A DNA stretch of 55,744 nt, counting the filler, from Perkinsus olseni (taxonomy: Eukaryota): the NCBI GenBank assembly GCA_013115125.1. It is 2 parts of 2 records of this genome, joined end to end, with 100 filler letters (N's around TTAATTAATTAA, not from the genome) between each part and the next. Parts side by side here need not be neighbours in the genome. Positions count along the whole stretch, not along the records: positions 1 to 27,822 come from JABANN010000459.1; 1 more part is not named here. One strand, given 5' to 3'. Positions 9,731 through 22,366 of the stretch are shown here, piece by piece. The notes below the pieces were generated by a model, which saw only the letters and a program-made list of their open reading frames with translations, was not told the DNA's origin and made no database searches. The translations under genes were made by a program, and so were the position numbers. How positions within the stretch are numbered: the first letter of the stretch is position 1; every line of letters begins with the position of its first letter.

Positions 9731-11872
9731 ACGACGTGTTGCTCGCTACTTCTTTGAAAATTGCCATGAGTACAACATGAAGAATCGAGCGAAAGAGTAT
9801 GTAAAACCTATCAATCTCATAACGAGAAAAGGACAATCCAAGAGCAAGGATGTGGAGATTCTCCACTGGAGAACCTCTTAAGCCTCCAGAATATATGGGA
9901 TCACCAGAACCTTGGAACTTTATATGACAGGATCATCAAGAGAGCCTCCCTAACTTAGCCTAAGTTACTTAGGGACCCTATGAGATGAGGCGCACTGCGC
10001 CTGGCGCAGTGTTACACATGTTTTCGATCGAGCAACCCACTGAGTGCGTCCCACTCCCTTAGACGGCAATGCCGCATTGCCAATGCGTGATCATAATCAG
10101 ATTATGATCAGAGGAAGTTGCAAAGAGACAACACAGATTCTATGTTGTCTCTCTGCAACTTCGTCCAGGCTTCCATGGAGACCTGGCCGAATATCCAAGG
10201 GAAAGCCTTCCTGGCATCTTCTGGGCTTGCGGTTGGGTTCCGCTCCTTAAGAACAAGGAAGGCCGCGTGAAGCCTAACGGTCTATTAACGGCAGGTGCTG
10301 CGCTTCCTTGCGGGTTGCCAGACAGTGACTGAACCCAACAATTGCAGAACTTGAGCTACGGACTAGGCCAGCCCGTAGCTCAAGTTCTGCAATACGTCGC
10401 AAGCCAGTCCGACTGGCTTGTACCAATTTCACGATGAAATTCTCATCAGTACTGGCCGCACAACAACCAACCAATGTTACCATGTGACGGTTTGAAGCAG
10501 GGTTTCGGCCGGAATCGGGACAGCGCTGCACTATTGTAAACTTGTGTAGTGCGGGGCGGGTGCTTCAAGCTAAGCTTCGCTAGATCGATCCCGTTCGTAT
10601 CTTCGTAATCAGACGTAGTTGTCCAACTTGTCCAAGTTGTCTGACGTGGTTTGTCGGCGTATCGTATAGCTAGGTGACTCGTGTCATCTTGGGTATTATC
10701 TATACCGTATAGTCTATACGGTATAGACCATACGTGTGGTTGCTTCTGAGTTGCAGTACGCCTTTGGGTCGGGTTCACTACGCGAGTATTCCTGACAACC
10801 ATAGCTAACAGGGTGCACGCATGCACACTGACTCAGTGTCACTGAGATTGGGAGATAGACAACAATAAGACATTCCTCTAACAGTCGTTAGCTCTCGGCA
10901 TGATCAGATACGTGAGCGAGAACAACCATTATACGAGAAGTCGAAATTCCACCAGCGTGGAGTATTAGAAGCTTGGGCTCTGAGTTCACGATCCTAGGGT
11001 TTCTGGGGCTTGTTCAACGGAGCCATTCTGAAACTCGGAATCACCCCGAGAAAGCGGCTAGAGAAGTATTAAAACATTACTATTAATACTATTAATGGTA
11101 ACAAGTGCGAATTGGAATCGTGGGTGAGAAGGGGAGAAAGGCTCACCCGAGAGAGAAACCCGGCGAGGCAACCAGTATGACGTCGTCAGACCTCGTCGAG
11201 GTCTGTTATACAAGGCCGGGTTTTTGAGAAGATCTCTGGTTGTAACCCAGACGTAGAGGTCCAGCGAAGGACTCGGCCTTTTAGTGGCGACGATTCGCGC
11301 TACAGCGGCACACGTCGCTTGTTTCTTCGCAGAGGGAAGAGAGTCAGAGATCCCAGGTTCGATTCCCACGCATGTCGTCGCCGGTAAAACGGTGATCATG
11401 AAGCTCTTCGTTGAATGCTTCTTCAATAGGGAGATCTGAGGTTGTTAGCTGATCGCCAGTGTGTTTCTCCGGGCTAAGTGGAGACCCCCTGGGACTTCCT
11501 TACCTGGAGGGAACCCTTCGAAACATCGCCATGTATAAGCGGCACGCAAGTAAGTTACGTCGCATAGGTCTGTCGCTGGAGTGAGTCGGGCGGCTGGTCA
11601 AGCGCGGTTTGTCGTTGATTGATAGCCGAGCCGGTTACAAGACACGTCGAGGGGGTCGACTTACGAGAATGGGTAAGGCACGAGTGATGGTGAATGGTGG
11701 CAGTGCCAACATGGCACGTTGAGAGCATTTCTTTTAATAAGAGCCTTCTTTATATTCATCTGGAATTCTCCTCATTATGACCCTTCCGCATCAGCTTGAA
11801 GTCTCGCTTGCGCCCATGTCTCCACGCGTCCCATTACACAGGTTTTGGTTTCTTCTTCTTTCCTTGTCTATA

Positions 11873-14800
11873 ATGGCCCCTGCTCATCTACCGTCGATAC
11901 TATTAGCGCTTCCACCAGTACCGGAAGGCTTCCAAGACGAAGTGGTTGGTACGATAGACCTCCGAACGAGACGGGTGGAACCCGCGGGAAGAAGGTAATG
12001 AGGGCGAAGAGTGTTCATGCCCATCAAAGTAGCTGTGCGCTCTGAGAGGGGTTTCGCTTGGTCGGGTCTCGCACGAATTTGATGGTTTTTTCTTGGGCCT
12101 TCAAAATTTTTCGTCTTCTTCGTGGTGGATCAAGACAGATAACTGATATCGTTGTGGTAGACCAGGCGATCGGAAAATTTCCCCGAAAATTCGAAAATAT
12201 TTTTGTGTGAGACTTCTGAGCTTGTGTTAGCTTTTTCGATTTTCGGAAGCATACGAACCGTTCAGTTTTCACCGTGTTTGGGAGAAACCTCGGCTGAGTC
12301 GAAGCGAACGGAAGAAGGCGCATAAAGGAGGGTCGGAGACGCCCGAGTCGAGTGCAGAGAGTAAGCAGTTCTCATAAGGTTATGCTCTTTGGTATCGTAT
12401 GGTTTTGCACTCAACTCCTCATCCTGTTTTTTAGTATGTGTTCCGCTTGTTTTGGTATTCAGAAGTGGTGTAGTGAGTGTTTTTATGAAGGTACTAGCGA
12501 GGAGCCGTCATCTCGGAGTGGCTGGTCGGCCAAGAGGAAGGCTAAGAAGCCCGTGGGGGAGCAGCTGAAGTTAAACAAGGTTCTTGAAGGGTAGTAAATA
12601 TTCTCTCCTGCCCGTGTGCTTAACCTTCATAGCAGTTGTCAGTCGCGGCCGTAGTTTCCCGTGTCTGTCGGTGATCACGAAATATAAGATTTTTTCTAGC
12701 TTGTCAAAATGCCAGTAGTGAGGCGCCAGTTTTCAGTGTCGACTTTCGAGGCATGTTAGTCGTGATCTAGGGGGCTCGTTGTTTTTCTGGCTGTTGTCTG
12801 TGAGCGGCGCGTTTATGGCTGATGAACTTCACGGTGGTGGTAGGAAGCAGTCCTTCTCCGGTATCAGGTTGAATCTTTACGACATCCTCAAGGTCAGCCC
12901 GACGGCTACACAGGACCAGATCAAGAAATCTTATCGACGTACTGAAGGGAAGTGTCACTATTGAAATCGATCAACCGTTTCATATGTATATAGCGATCTA
13001 GACTGGGGGTGGTTGTAGTCTGTTGAGAATTTCGTGGCTCGCGAAGTTGGATCGGCTCGTAGGTCTCGTACTTGAGCATCACCCGGATAAGAAGAAAGGG
13101 AGTGCAGAGGAAGAGGAAGAGAAGCTGATATTCCTCCGGATACAGGTGGGAATATCTTGAGGTCAAGCCTGCAAGATACAGAATAGGTCTGGTTGTTAGG
13201 AAGCTTTTGAAGTCCTCTCCGACGAGCGTCGTCGTAAGCAGTACGATTCTTCCCTACCGTTCGACGAGACAATACCGACGGAATTGGAAGAGGGGGAGGA
13301 CTTCTATGAGGTCATATAGGGGCGGATGCGGAGACAATACATCAGAAATAAGGACAGTGTTGCATGTGGCATAGTGGCCTTATTTTTGCATGTGAGGTTT
13401 TCTGCAGTAGTGTCTTAGGAGCACTTTCTGCGTACTCTTCGTCATCGATCACCTGATCGATTAGCATATCTTTAGGTGTTCGGTCCTGTTTTCGACTCCA
13501 ACGCGAGGTGGAGCAACCGTCGTCCAGTACCGAGGCTCGGAGATGACTCGACGGATCTCAACAAGGTAATTTCGTGGCGCGCGAGAATTTTTCCCGGGGT
13601 ATGGGAAGGCATTCATCCGTGTGAGTCGCGAAGTGCTTGCATTCGGTTGTATTTTAAACGATTCTGGGTGACAAGTTCATCTTTATGGTTGAGTGGATCG
13701 GAAATTTTGGTTGATGCGGGATTGGCAATTATCAGTTGGTGTTGTTGCTTGGGGACGTGCATTGCCGAACAAGTATCTTCTGCAAGACGTAACTTCTACT
13801 ACAAAATTTTATAAGGTTAAATTTTTATTATTATCTTCGCTCGCTTTGCATGGAAGGCGTTCCGTTTTGAAGTAATTTGAATGGGCGCTGGACACTCGGA
13901 TGAGGAATCTTTCGGAGCGAAAGTTGGCACGCGTGACGAGATCTACCGTTCGGGTGGCGCGGAGTGGTTGACAGAATGTTTTCAATTTCGGTGCATTGTG
14001 CTGTTCTCATTGCGTGGATTTTGTGGCGCGCGGTCATATTTGTGTACTGTTTAGGTGAAGCGCTTCTATCACTTCTGGATGAACTTTGATTCGTGGCGAG
14101 ACTTCTCCCAACACGATGAGTACGATGTGGCTGATGCGAGCTGTCGAGAGGAGCGGAGATGGGTTGAGCGACAGAATCAGAGGGTACTCTAAGCTGACCC
14201 GCTTTGCATCTTCCTTGCTTCGACCGAAGATATGCTCGACGAGTGATGGAATCTCTTTCTCAGATTCGCCGCAAGTACGAGACCGCCGAAGCTTCGAGAG
14301 TGAGGAAGTTAGTGGAGTCGGCCATGCAGTAGTAATGGGAATCTGTGCATACCAAATTTCCACCAAATCATGACTCATCGTCTAGGCGGGGCACCACGTT
14401 GCTAACGATAAGTGGTGGTAGTTGTAGAGTGCACAAAGCCTCCTAGAATTTCGCTCCTTAATTCGGTTCAATGGGTGGAATTTTACTTCCACTGTCGATC
14501 GTGGCTTCGTCGTTACTCGTAACTTTCCCGCAACCGCAGCTAGATCGCTACTTTTCTTGCTGATGGCTTGGCGAGAATCATCATCATCATCATCATCATC
14601 GTCATTCGAGGTTGGACCCTCGTTTGTTGCGGGAGAAGGAGGACGAACGAAGGGTGAAGGAACTGCAGCAGAAGGAAAAGGAGGACAAGAGGAAACAGAA
14701 ACTTGAGTAGTGTCTGGGCAGGAATTTCTTGCTTCGAGAAAATCTCGGGATTTTGGGGATTTGTGGTACGGTCACAGTGTGGACCTCTCCAACCTCGTGT

Positions 14801-17728
14801 AGCAGATAGCTCGGTAATTTCGCGACTCGGCGTGAGTGGGAAATTGCTTACGGCGTGATCGTCAGGTGGATTCTGTCAGACTCAGGGAGCGGAACATCTT
14901 TTGCATTCGCGTTTTTCGATTGTGTTAATGGTTTTTGATTTTTCAGGGAGGAGGAGGCCAAGAGACGGCGAAAGGCGGCGGAGGAGATCGAGGCTTCGAA
15001 ACGGAAAGAGGAAGAGAAGCAGAGAGAGAAAGAGGAGCGGGAGCGTCTGAAGAAGATACGACAGGTAGTGAGGGGCTGTCGGTGGCGCTATCAGTTCGCG
15101 GGTAATCGATACCAGTGCTGTATCATGTGTTTAATTCTTCACGGATTGAGTGCTCCGTTAAGAGCTGATAGAGGTCTAGGGTTCCCTGCACTTATGGTGA
15201 TAGACTGATCGATCATTTGGGCGTGCGCGTAGTGAAATTTGGTATTTGCTGGGCGAGAAATGAATGAGAGGTGCTTGTACCTTTTTCTCGCATTCAGACC
15301 GTTCGTAACGTCTATAAGGAAAGTTGTGATACGGTGGACCAAGAGACGCTAAAGAAGGTAATATTGGGCCATGGTTATGGGAATTCGTCCCTTGCAAAGA
15401 CGATAGGTGGATTCGAACCTGGGTTTTTCGCTGATGTATCTATCTCCTCGCACTGTTGAGCTATCTTGTATTTCTGCGTTGTTTCAGTTGCTGTTGGAGC
15501 TCACGGCGCCGCAACTGGAGAAGTTTGCGACTAAGGCCGAATCACTTGCGCAGGACGGCGGGAAGCTAAAAGCGATGTAACTTGGTTTTGACCGGTGGCT
15601 CGAATTATTTGCGGTGCGTGAAGATACGCGGAGGAAATCGAACAGTTACAGGCTGGTCTGTCACCGCGGACGCGAGGCTCAGCGGAGCGAAGCGGAATTT
15701 TTATTGGCTTTTTTAGGTTTGATGCTGCGTTGGATCATGTGCTGCAAGCTAAGAAGAAGAGTGTGAAACACGTTGCGAGTGCTGCCAAGACTAATAAACA
15801 TGGTAAAAAGCCGAGGGGTAGATTCGAACCGGGGACCTCCTACACGTGGACCGTATTGGTGGTAGGTAAAGTTGGTGCCCCCTGGTCATTGGATGAGGTC
15901 CACATGTTGGCGAAGGGGCAGCAAAAATACAAAGTCGGATATGCTGGACGGTGGAAGGCCATTGCTCAGTTCTTGCAAGCTGCGGGATTTGATAGGACGG
16001 CTAATGAGGTAATCTTCTCGAGTAATTGTGAAACTCAGTATCGATTTTTTCACGTGAGAGGCGGTTCCAGGATCGATTCTGAGTTTTGGAATTGGTTTAT
16101 CGAACGATTTCAAAAAGCATGTGTTCAGCGGTTCACTCGGCCGGATGTGCTGGGGTTGCATAAATCGAAATCTCCCATCATGAGCGGTGGAATTTGCGCT
16201 CCTCAAAGCTGGCTACCTGGAAGTTCATGATCGCTTCGTCTGTAGCCGTAGCGTGAGACCAATCGGGGCTGCTAGTCGGAAGCCGTAATCCTGAAAAAAA
16301 TCCAAATCAGGACCACCATCGGCTGATTGTCGAATCGTGCTGCACTCTCCTCATCATCCTCTGGCGTCTCAGGTCATCGCGCAGACTAGGCTGATGGCCA
16401 CTCCCGAGTATCTCAAGAATCAGAAGGCTGAGGAAAAACAGGAGCCGGCGAGCTCGAAACTGGAGGTAGTTTTATCGTTCCTGGGCGAAGAGAGTTTTGT
16501 TATACAGTACAGCAAGCACTGCAAGGCGTTGAATATTTCGATCGATTAACGTAGTATTGTGTGTGTTTTCATTTTGTTCACCCCAGCTCTGAATTGAATT
16601 CCATTCGACGACGGGTGGTGAAATTTCTCGAAATGAGCGACCCGAGTTTGCGGGTTTGCGGATTCTGTCTTAGTGAATGTTAATGGCGGGCCAGTTGCGC
16701 GTTTTTCCGCTCCTTTGTGTGGACATTGGCTTCTTCTGCGATTGAGAATTGTATTTTTGTCTAGTCCCTGCGTCGACCTAAGATTCTGATTATTGTGTCA
16801 GAATGTTGCGCAAGAGACGGCGTCTTCGCCTCCCCCTCCTCCTCCACCATCACCGCCGCCGGCCAAGGTTGAAGCGACGAGCTCTCCTGAGGATTGGACA
16901 GCAGCTCAGCAGAAGGTGAGCAGCGCGGGTGTTTGTAGCGCCACAGGGGAAATTGGGAGATGAGTTTGTGTAGTTGACTTAGTAATAAAGTTTGCAGTGG
17001 GGATATCTAGCTCGGCCTGCCTAGCACTAGCATTGTGTAGCATGCTCGGTCTCCCAATTGATCGCAGCGGAGCTTGACTGATGGGGTTGAGTGGATTAAC
17101 GAGGCCACTGTATGATATTGTCACATACACTTTCAACGGCTGGACGGGCCTCACGGGCGAGGGATTGGTCTTTGCAGTAATGTTGCTCGGTGTAGTGCAA
17201 CAGGGTCAGCTTTGAGGATGAGTTTGGATACTTGACTTAGTAATAGAGTGGAAATATGTAGCTCAGCTTAGCCTGGCACTAACACTGTATTCGAACGCAT
17301 TCGAGAAAATGTTCGTTCGCCGAGCCACTGTGACGTTATGGCTGGGCAAGCGTGAGGAGAACTCGGCATAAGTTTTGAAACACCTCTACAAGCCATTACA
17401 CTAGCTAGTTAGGAGGAAACCGTATTGAATGTTGCGGCTTGGATGATTTCCAATGTGATTACGTCGAACTTCCGCCGGGGGATACTCTTGGGTGTGAGTG
17501 GATCAATTTTGGCATTCTCGTCAGGCTTTGGAGAAGGGGTTGGCGACGCATCATGCATCGTTGGGAGCCAACGAACGATGGAAGAGGATCGCTGATGATG
17601 TAAGATACGCTTTGGCGGGTTGTGGCATGGTTCGAAGATATGCCTGTTAGGTGCCTGGCAAGACTAAGAAGGAGTGTGTGGCTCGATTCAAGTACATCAG
17701 AGAGCTTGTGTCGAAGGGTCGGGCGTAA
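11873..17728 (+). CDS. DNAJC2: DnaJ homolog subfamily C member 2 / zuotin-MPP11 (J domain, zuotin homology domain, two SANT/Myb domains); multi-exon
   Basis: Spliced by eye: N-term [14 protein letters not shown] domain [31 protein letters not shown]...[93 protein letters not shown] and [46 protein letters not shown] at 17726-17728. Confidence 0.93.
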
Positions 17729-18173
17729 TGATTATCAGCTACTACAGTCCAATGTTCCTTACTCCACCGTCACCACGTCATCTGTTTGATAGTTTTCTAT
17801 CCTCTAATTTTATCGTCGCGTTGAGTTTAGATTTTCTCCGCTCAATCGTGAAGTCAGTCTTTAATGGTATCGACATTGTTCAGAACTTCTTGTCAGAAGG
17901 AGAGATCGCTAGTACTTGAAAGCAGTTTCTTTTCGACTGCTCTGAACAGTACACGAGGAAAGAGCATGGTATCAGCAGTGAATACTATTGACTGCTGGTC
18001 TCACCATGCTTTTTGCTGACTCAATAGTGTCGGCGATACGCTGAGCTCATCGTGCGCTCTGTATGATCGTCACGGCGTACCGGAGTAGTAGTGGCCTATG
18101 GCTGAAAAAACGGAGGATTTAAGATGTCGTTGTTGGACGATAGACTGATTCGTCGGCCCAGTAGTGTTTTTAC

Positions 18174-19580
18174 ATGTGGCGTCCTTCCTACGCCCCTTCC
18201 TATGACTCGGTCTCCACCTCATCGGTCTCGGGTGACATAGACATCCGGATGGATCAGCAGCGGTGCGACCCGAACCTGTCGTGGTTTGATCGGAAGAAGT
18301 GCGAGGCGTACAGCAAGAAGGCATTTGGGTGAGCTGAGGCTCGCTGGGGAGGCGTGGAGTTCATCCCTAGCGGCGGTTCATAAAATGAAACGTGGTTGGA
18401 TATAGAACAGTCTGGTTGTGATTCATGTGCGAGAGACCAAGGGAATTTTTTGAAGTGCTTGAGATGCATGACATACATCTCATTGACATACTGTACACCA
18501 TATGTATTATAATTCCTGTAGATCTTGCGCGTGCATTTGTACAATTTCATGGCGCGTGACTGAATGTAAAGCGAAAGCTGTTCTACACTATCAAATGAGC
18601 CGTATGTGGGCTCGTTGACAATTGGTTACGAGTGTGCCATTGTCTCGTCGTTCCGTACATCATTACGGGTTGTTGATTGGTGAATCCCCTTACCTTACCT
18701 TATCAGATGGTGGAAGGTTGATATCTTGCTCAACGCCTTAAGCGCCATGAACGCCCCCGTTGACCTCGTCTGCGTCCGATGTCCCTCCAACGTTACCCAT
18801 AGTAAGGGCCCTCTCCATTATAAGCGATCATGGCCGATCGAGGGTGGACGTATTGTTCCGTCAGGTGCCGGGTTCTCACCGTCGAAGAACACCGTGTGGA
18901 TGTGTGGCAATCATTTTTGGAACCCATTCCAATTTCGTCGGATCCTAGCCCATGAGCTGGTCCACGCCTTCGATTTTGCCCGGGCGAAAATCGATACGGA
19001 AAACGTTGATCATGTGGCGTGTACTGAAGTCAGAGCGGCTAATCTGAGTGGAGAATGCGAGGTGGGCTGACTCGTTGATCACGAATCGTTATGTGCAAAC
19101 GCGTTGCCGAATCTTCTCTTCTCTTCAGTTGTGGACTAAATGGACAGACTACATAGGAGATGATCCTCTAGGTGAGGACCTTGGGACTCGTTGTTGACCG
19201 CATTAGAATGATCATCACGACGTTGCTTGGTGTTATGGCTGGATGTCTGCAGGCAACCATATGTGGTCCAAGAAGCAGCGTTGTGTGAAGGACGCGGCGT
19301 TGCGCTCTCTGACAGCACACGGAGGAAACGAGACGGAAGCGAAGGATAGCATCGAGCGGGTAGATGTGAAATTCACCGCTTCGCTGCGTTTGAGATACCA
19401 CTTTCTTGCGACTTCAGGTGTGGTCACGATGCAGCAAAGATCACTGGCCGTTCACAACTGACCCACAATTCGATACGAGGTGGGTCTCGTAGGAGCCCGG
19501 CTCATTAGCTCGATTTTGCTGTGTGTCTCAACAGGTACCGAGACTCGCCGCTGATAGACAGGAATAATCAGAAGAAGTGA
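18174..19580 (+). CDS. ATP23: Mitochondrial inner membrane protease ATP23 (peptidase M76); multi-exon
   Basis: ILAHELVHAFD (HExxH) followed by HVACTEVRAANLSGEC, QRCVKDAALRSL and a C-terminal VWSRCSKDHWPF. Exons join in frame over GT-AG introns (first intron 18329-18706). Start codon inferred. Confidence 0.92.
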
Positions 19581-22366
19581 AGGGCGCGATAGTTGACCAT
19601 TTGTATTGTTCCTCGACACGTTTCTATTGTGGACTTTTGAGCGTTGAGCTTGTGAATTATAGGCGATATAATCGTACGAGCTGCGAAAGTAGGATCGACA
19701 GAAGTCCCGAGAAATTGCGCCGTTGTATGAAAGTGCAAGGACGCCGTCGGCGTCATTCGAAGCATACCAAATTACGTTGTCGCCGGCGTCTAAGGTGAGT
19801 CCCATCATAGGACTGAGGCGGATCACTATGTCCGTGATTGAGCAGCCCTCTGAGCAATCAAGTGATAGGCCGCTCACATAACGAGCCGTGCGAGCATGCC
19901 CTCCGTGTCCCCGAATCGTCGTGATCGCACAAAATGGTGGGGCCCACCCACTTGGTGGGTATATGTTTTGTGAATTGTGTTAAGAATAATGTGAAGATTT
20001 CTTTAGAGAATCTGGTGCTGACGTTTAAAAAAAGAATATTCTTGTTCTGAAACCCGAGGATCGGATTCCGTCGGAATCACTCCGACGATTCCTGTCGCTA
20101 GTTTAAACTTCCGTTTGAAGCTTTTTCCGCCTCCTTACTTTATTTTCCACAATTCTAATTTTTTTCGGCCGAAATCGAGTTGTCTTGGTTGCCAAACCAT
20201 TCTCGCTTGTTGTATCCATTAGGTACTACTACCCGGACGTGCCTTATCAAGAAACCAACCGATTACCTACCTGTTTGATCTCCTCTCGTGTATTCCATCT
20301 AACCAGGGACTATCATCTTGAATGGCTGCTTCAATACCATTCCCATTCTCGTACGCCACTACCATTCGCCCGCCCAACCCCTTCACCATTCTATCTCCCT
20401 CTGTCAACATGAGTACCTCTTTTTCTACTCCTGGGGGCCACCCCCAAGGTCCCGAAAATATTCAGACGACTCGCCCGATTTCTTCCTTTGGCGGGAAGAA
20501 CTGGGACTTCGATGTAATCAGCCATGGCTTTGTGCCATCCCTAAGGGCTCAGCCCTTTCTAGGCCTATATCATTGACAATAATCTCATCGTCCTGGACGT
20601 TGCGTCCAGTAATCCAGGTTTTACCCGATATATAGCACCAGTCACAACAGCGTCTCTTCCATATCGGGCACATTTATTGATGGTACGGTGATACTTGAGA
20701 TACATAAGCCATTTTTCGCATGGGTCATAGTGTGCTGTTAGTAACTGCCAGTTACTCAGTCTTTGAATTATGAACCACTCCACCGGTTACTTTTTCCTCT
20801 GGGAGTAATTGTCGCGCACACCATCTTATATGACTGATGACTCGGAAACCGCCCGATTTACGGGGCATATTGTTTGAGGGTAATAAGCCAAGCTAGGTAC
20901 TTGAGATATGTCAAATTAAGTCTGAACCTCTGCAACCACTATGACTTCGGCAACTGTCTCCGTCACCGGCTTGACTTTAACCAGTCGCCATGAATCATAA
21001 TTAAGGTCGAATAAATAATCGAATAACCTTTAATCGTCAGTTTCCACATCATCCTTTCATCATATGGTCAGAGTGGTAACCCTCGGAGTTCAGCTCATTG
21101 GATTCAGCTCATTGAGAACTCCTCAAGGTAGTCTTAAGCCTCGCGATTGTTCCAGCGAGCTCTCTCACCACCATAAAAGTGGCAGGGGAACAGCCAGTCC
21201 GCAGAGTCTCGAACGGACTCCGCTGCTCGAGAATAGGTACAGTACGAAGAAACCAATCCGGTCCCAATTTGCCGACCGCGGTATCGATCATAGTAAAAGG
21301 CATGATTAGCTGGGATGTACGGGTTCCGTACTACCAAGCAACATTGAACTTCAATGATTGCAGACATCCAAGCGACTATAACGGAATATTGTTCCGCAAT
21401 GATCAAGGTGTTACCTAGCCCACTGTTAGGCCACCCTGAGGCCAAGGCCTCACACTGGTGAACGCGTATCCCTAGCTTAGACTGTCGAACTTAGACAGAT
21501 GGGAGGAGCAGCCATTTGAACTCTCTGAATCTACCTCCCATATCCGTAGAGTAGCCTACTGCATTGCGATTTCGTATTCGGTAATCATATATCAAGTCGA
21601 TTTGGCGTGAAACTTTCAGGTTGAAGTAACTCCTTAATCTGTAAGTACTTCTCGCAGCTTCCGTGAGGCTCCCCAATGTTGTCTTGTAAACTCCGAGCCA
21701 TAAGGACAGAATCCCGTCCGTTGAACCTCCGAAGAATCTTATGACTCTGCTGAGTACAGGGGCTTCCCGGGTCCATGAGCCAGTGGGAACAACATCAGAC
21801 TTCATTAGGCATGTGAGGGCGCACTAGAGCTGAATGACGCTTTCGCTTTTGCATGCACGTTCTGAGGAGGCCTGATTCGGCCATCCATCGAGGCTCGTTG
21901 ACAGCTAAGACGCTCAACTCTATCAATTCGCCGTATTTTCCCGCCAAACCGCCGTACGCGTCCCGCCGCAGGACTCCTGCGGATAACATACGAATCTGAT
22001 GAGATCCCTCATTGTAGTACCCCTGTTTCTTGATGATAATGACCTGCGTTTGGCTGCATTTGCAATTGCCTGCATCCCTTTATAGCCACGGGAAAGGTAG
22101 CATCGAAAAAAAGGCTATGGCTGCCATAAGGGCGGTGCTTTCCAATGGAACATCCTCTGTTTGAAACCAGACTTACCGGTAGACCTTTGTCGCCGAACTC
22201 AAGAGCCAGAATCTTAATGGACGATGTAATAAGCTCAGACTGCTTACGCCTCTCGCAAGTAGACTTACACGAAGTGTGAATCCTTACGCGCCGTTTCCGC
22301 TTTGCAGTTTCGCTGCAAATTACAATAATACGGTTAATTGATTTCATTTGAACAGTTCTGACATTA

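Noticed and set aside
19600-22340. Short ORFs between ATP23 and CCDC96 (e.g. 19452-19877 -, 21179-21418 +, 21491-21805 -)
   Set aside because: May be decayed lineage-specific genes, but I could not assemble a consistent exon chain or recognise a motif.
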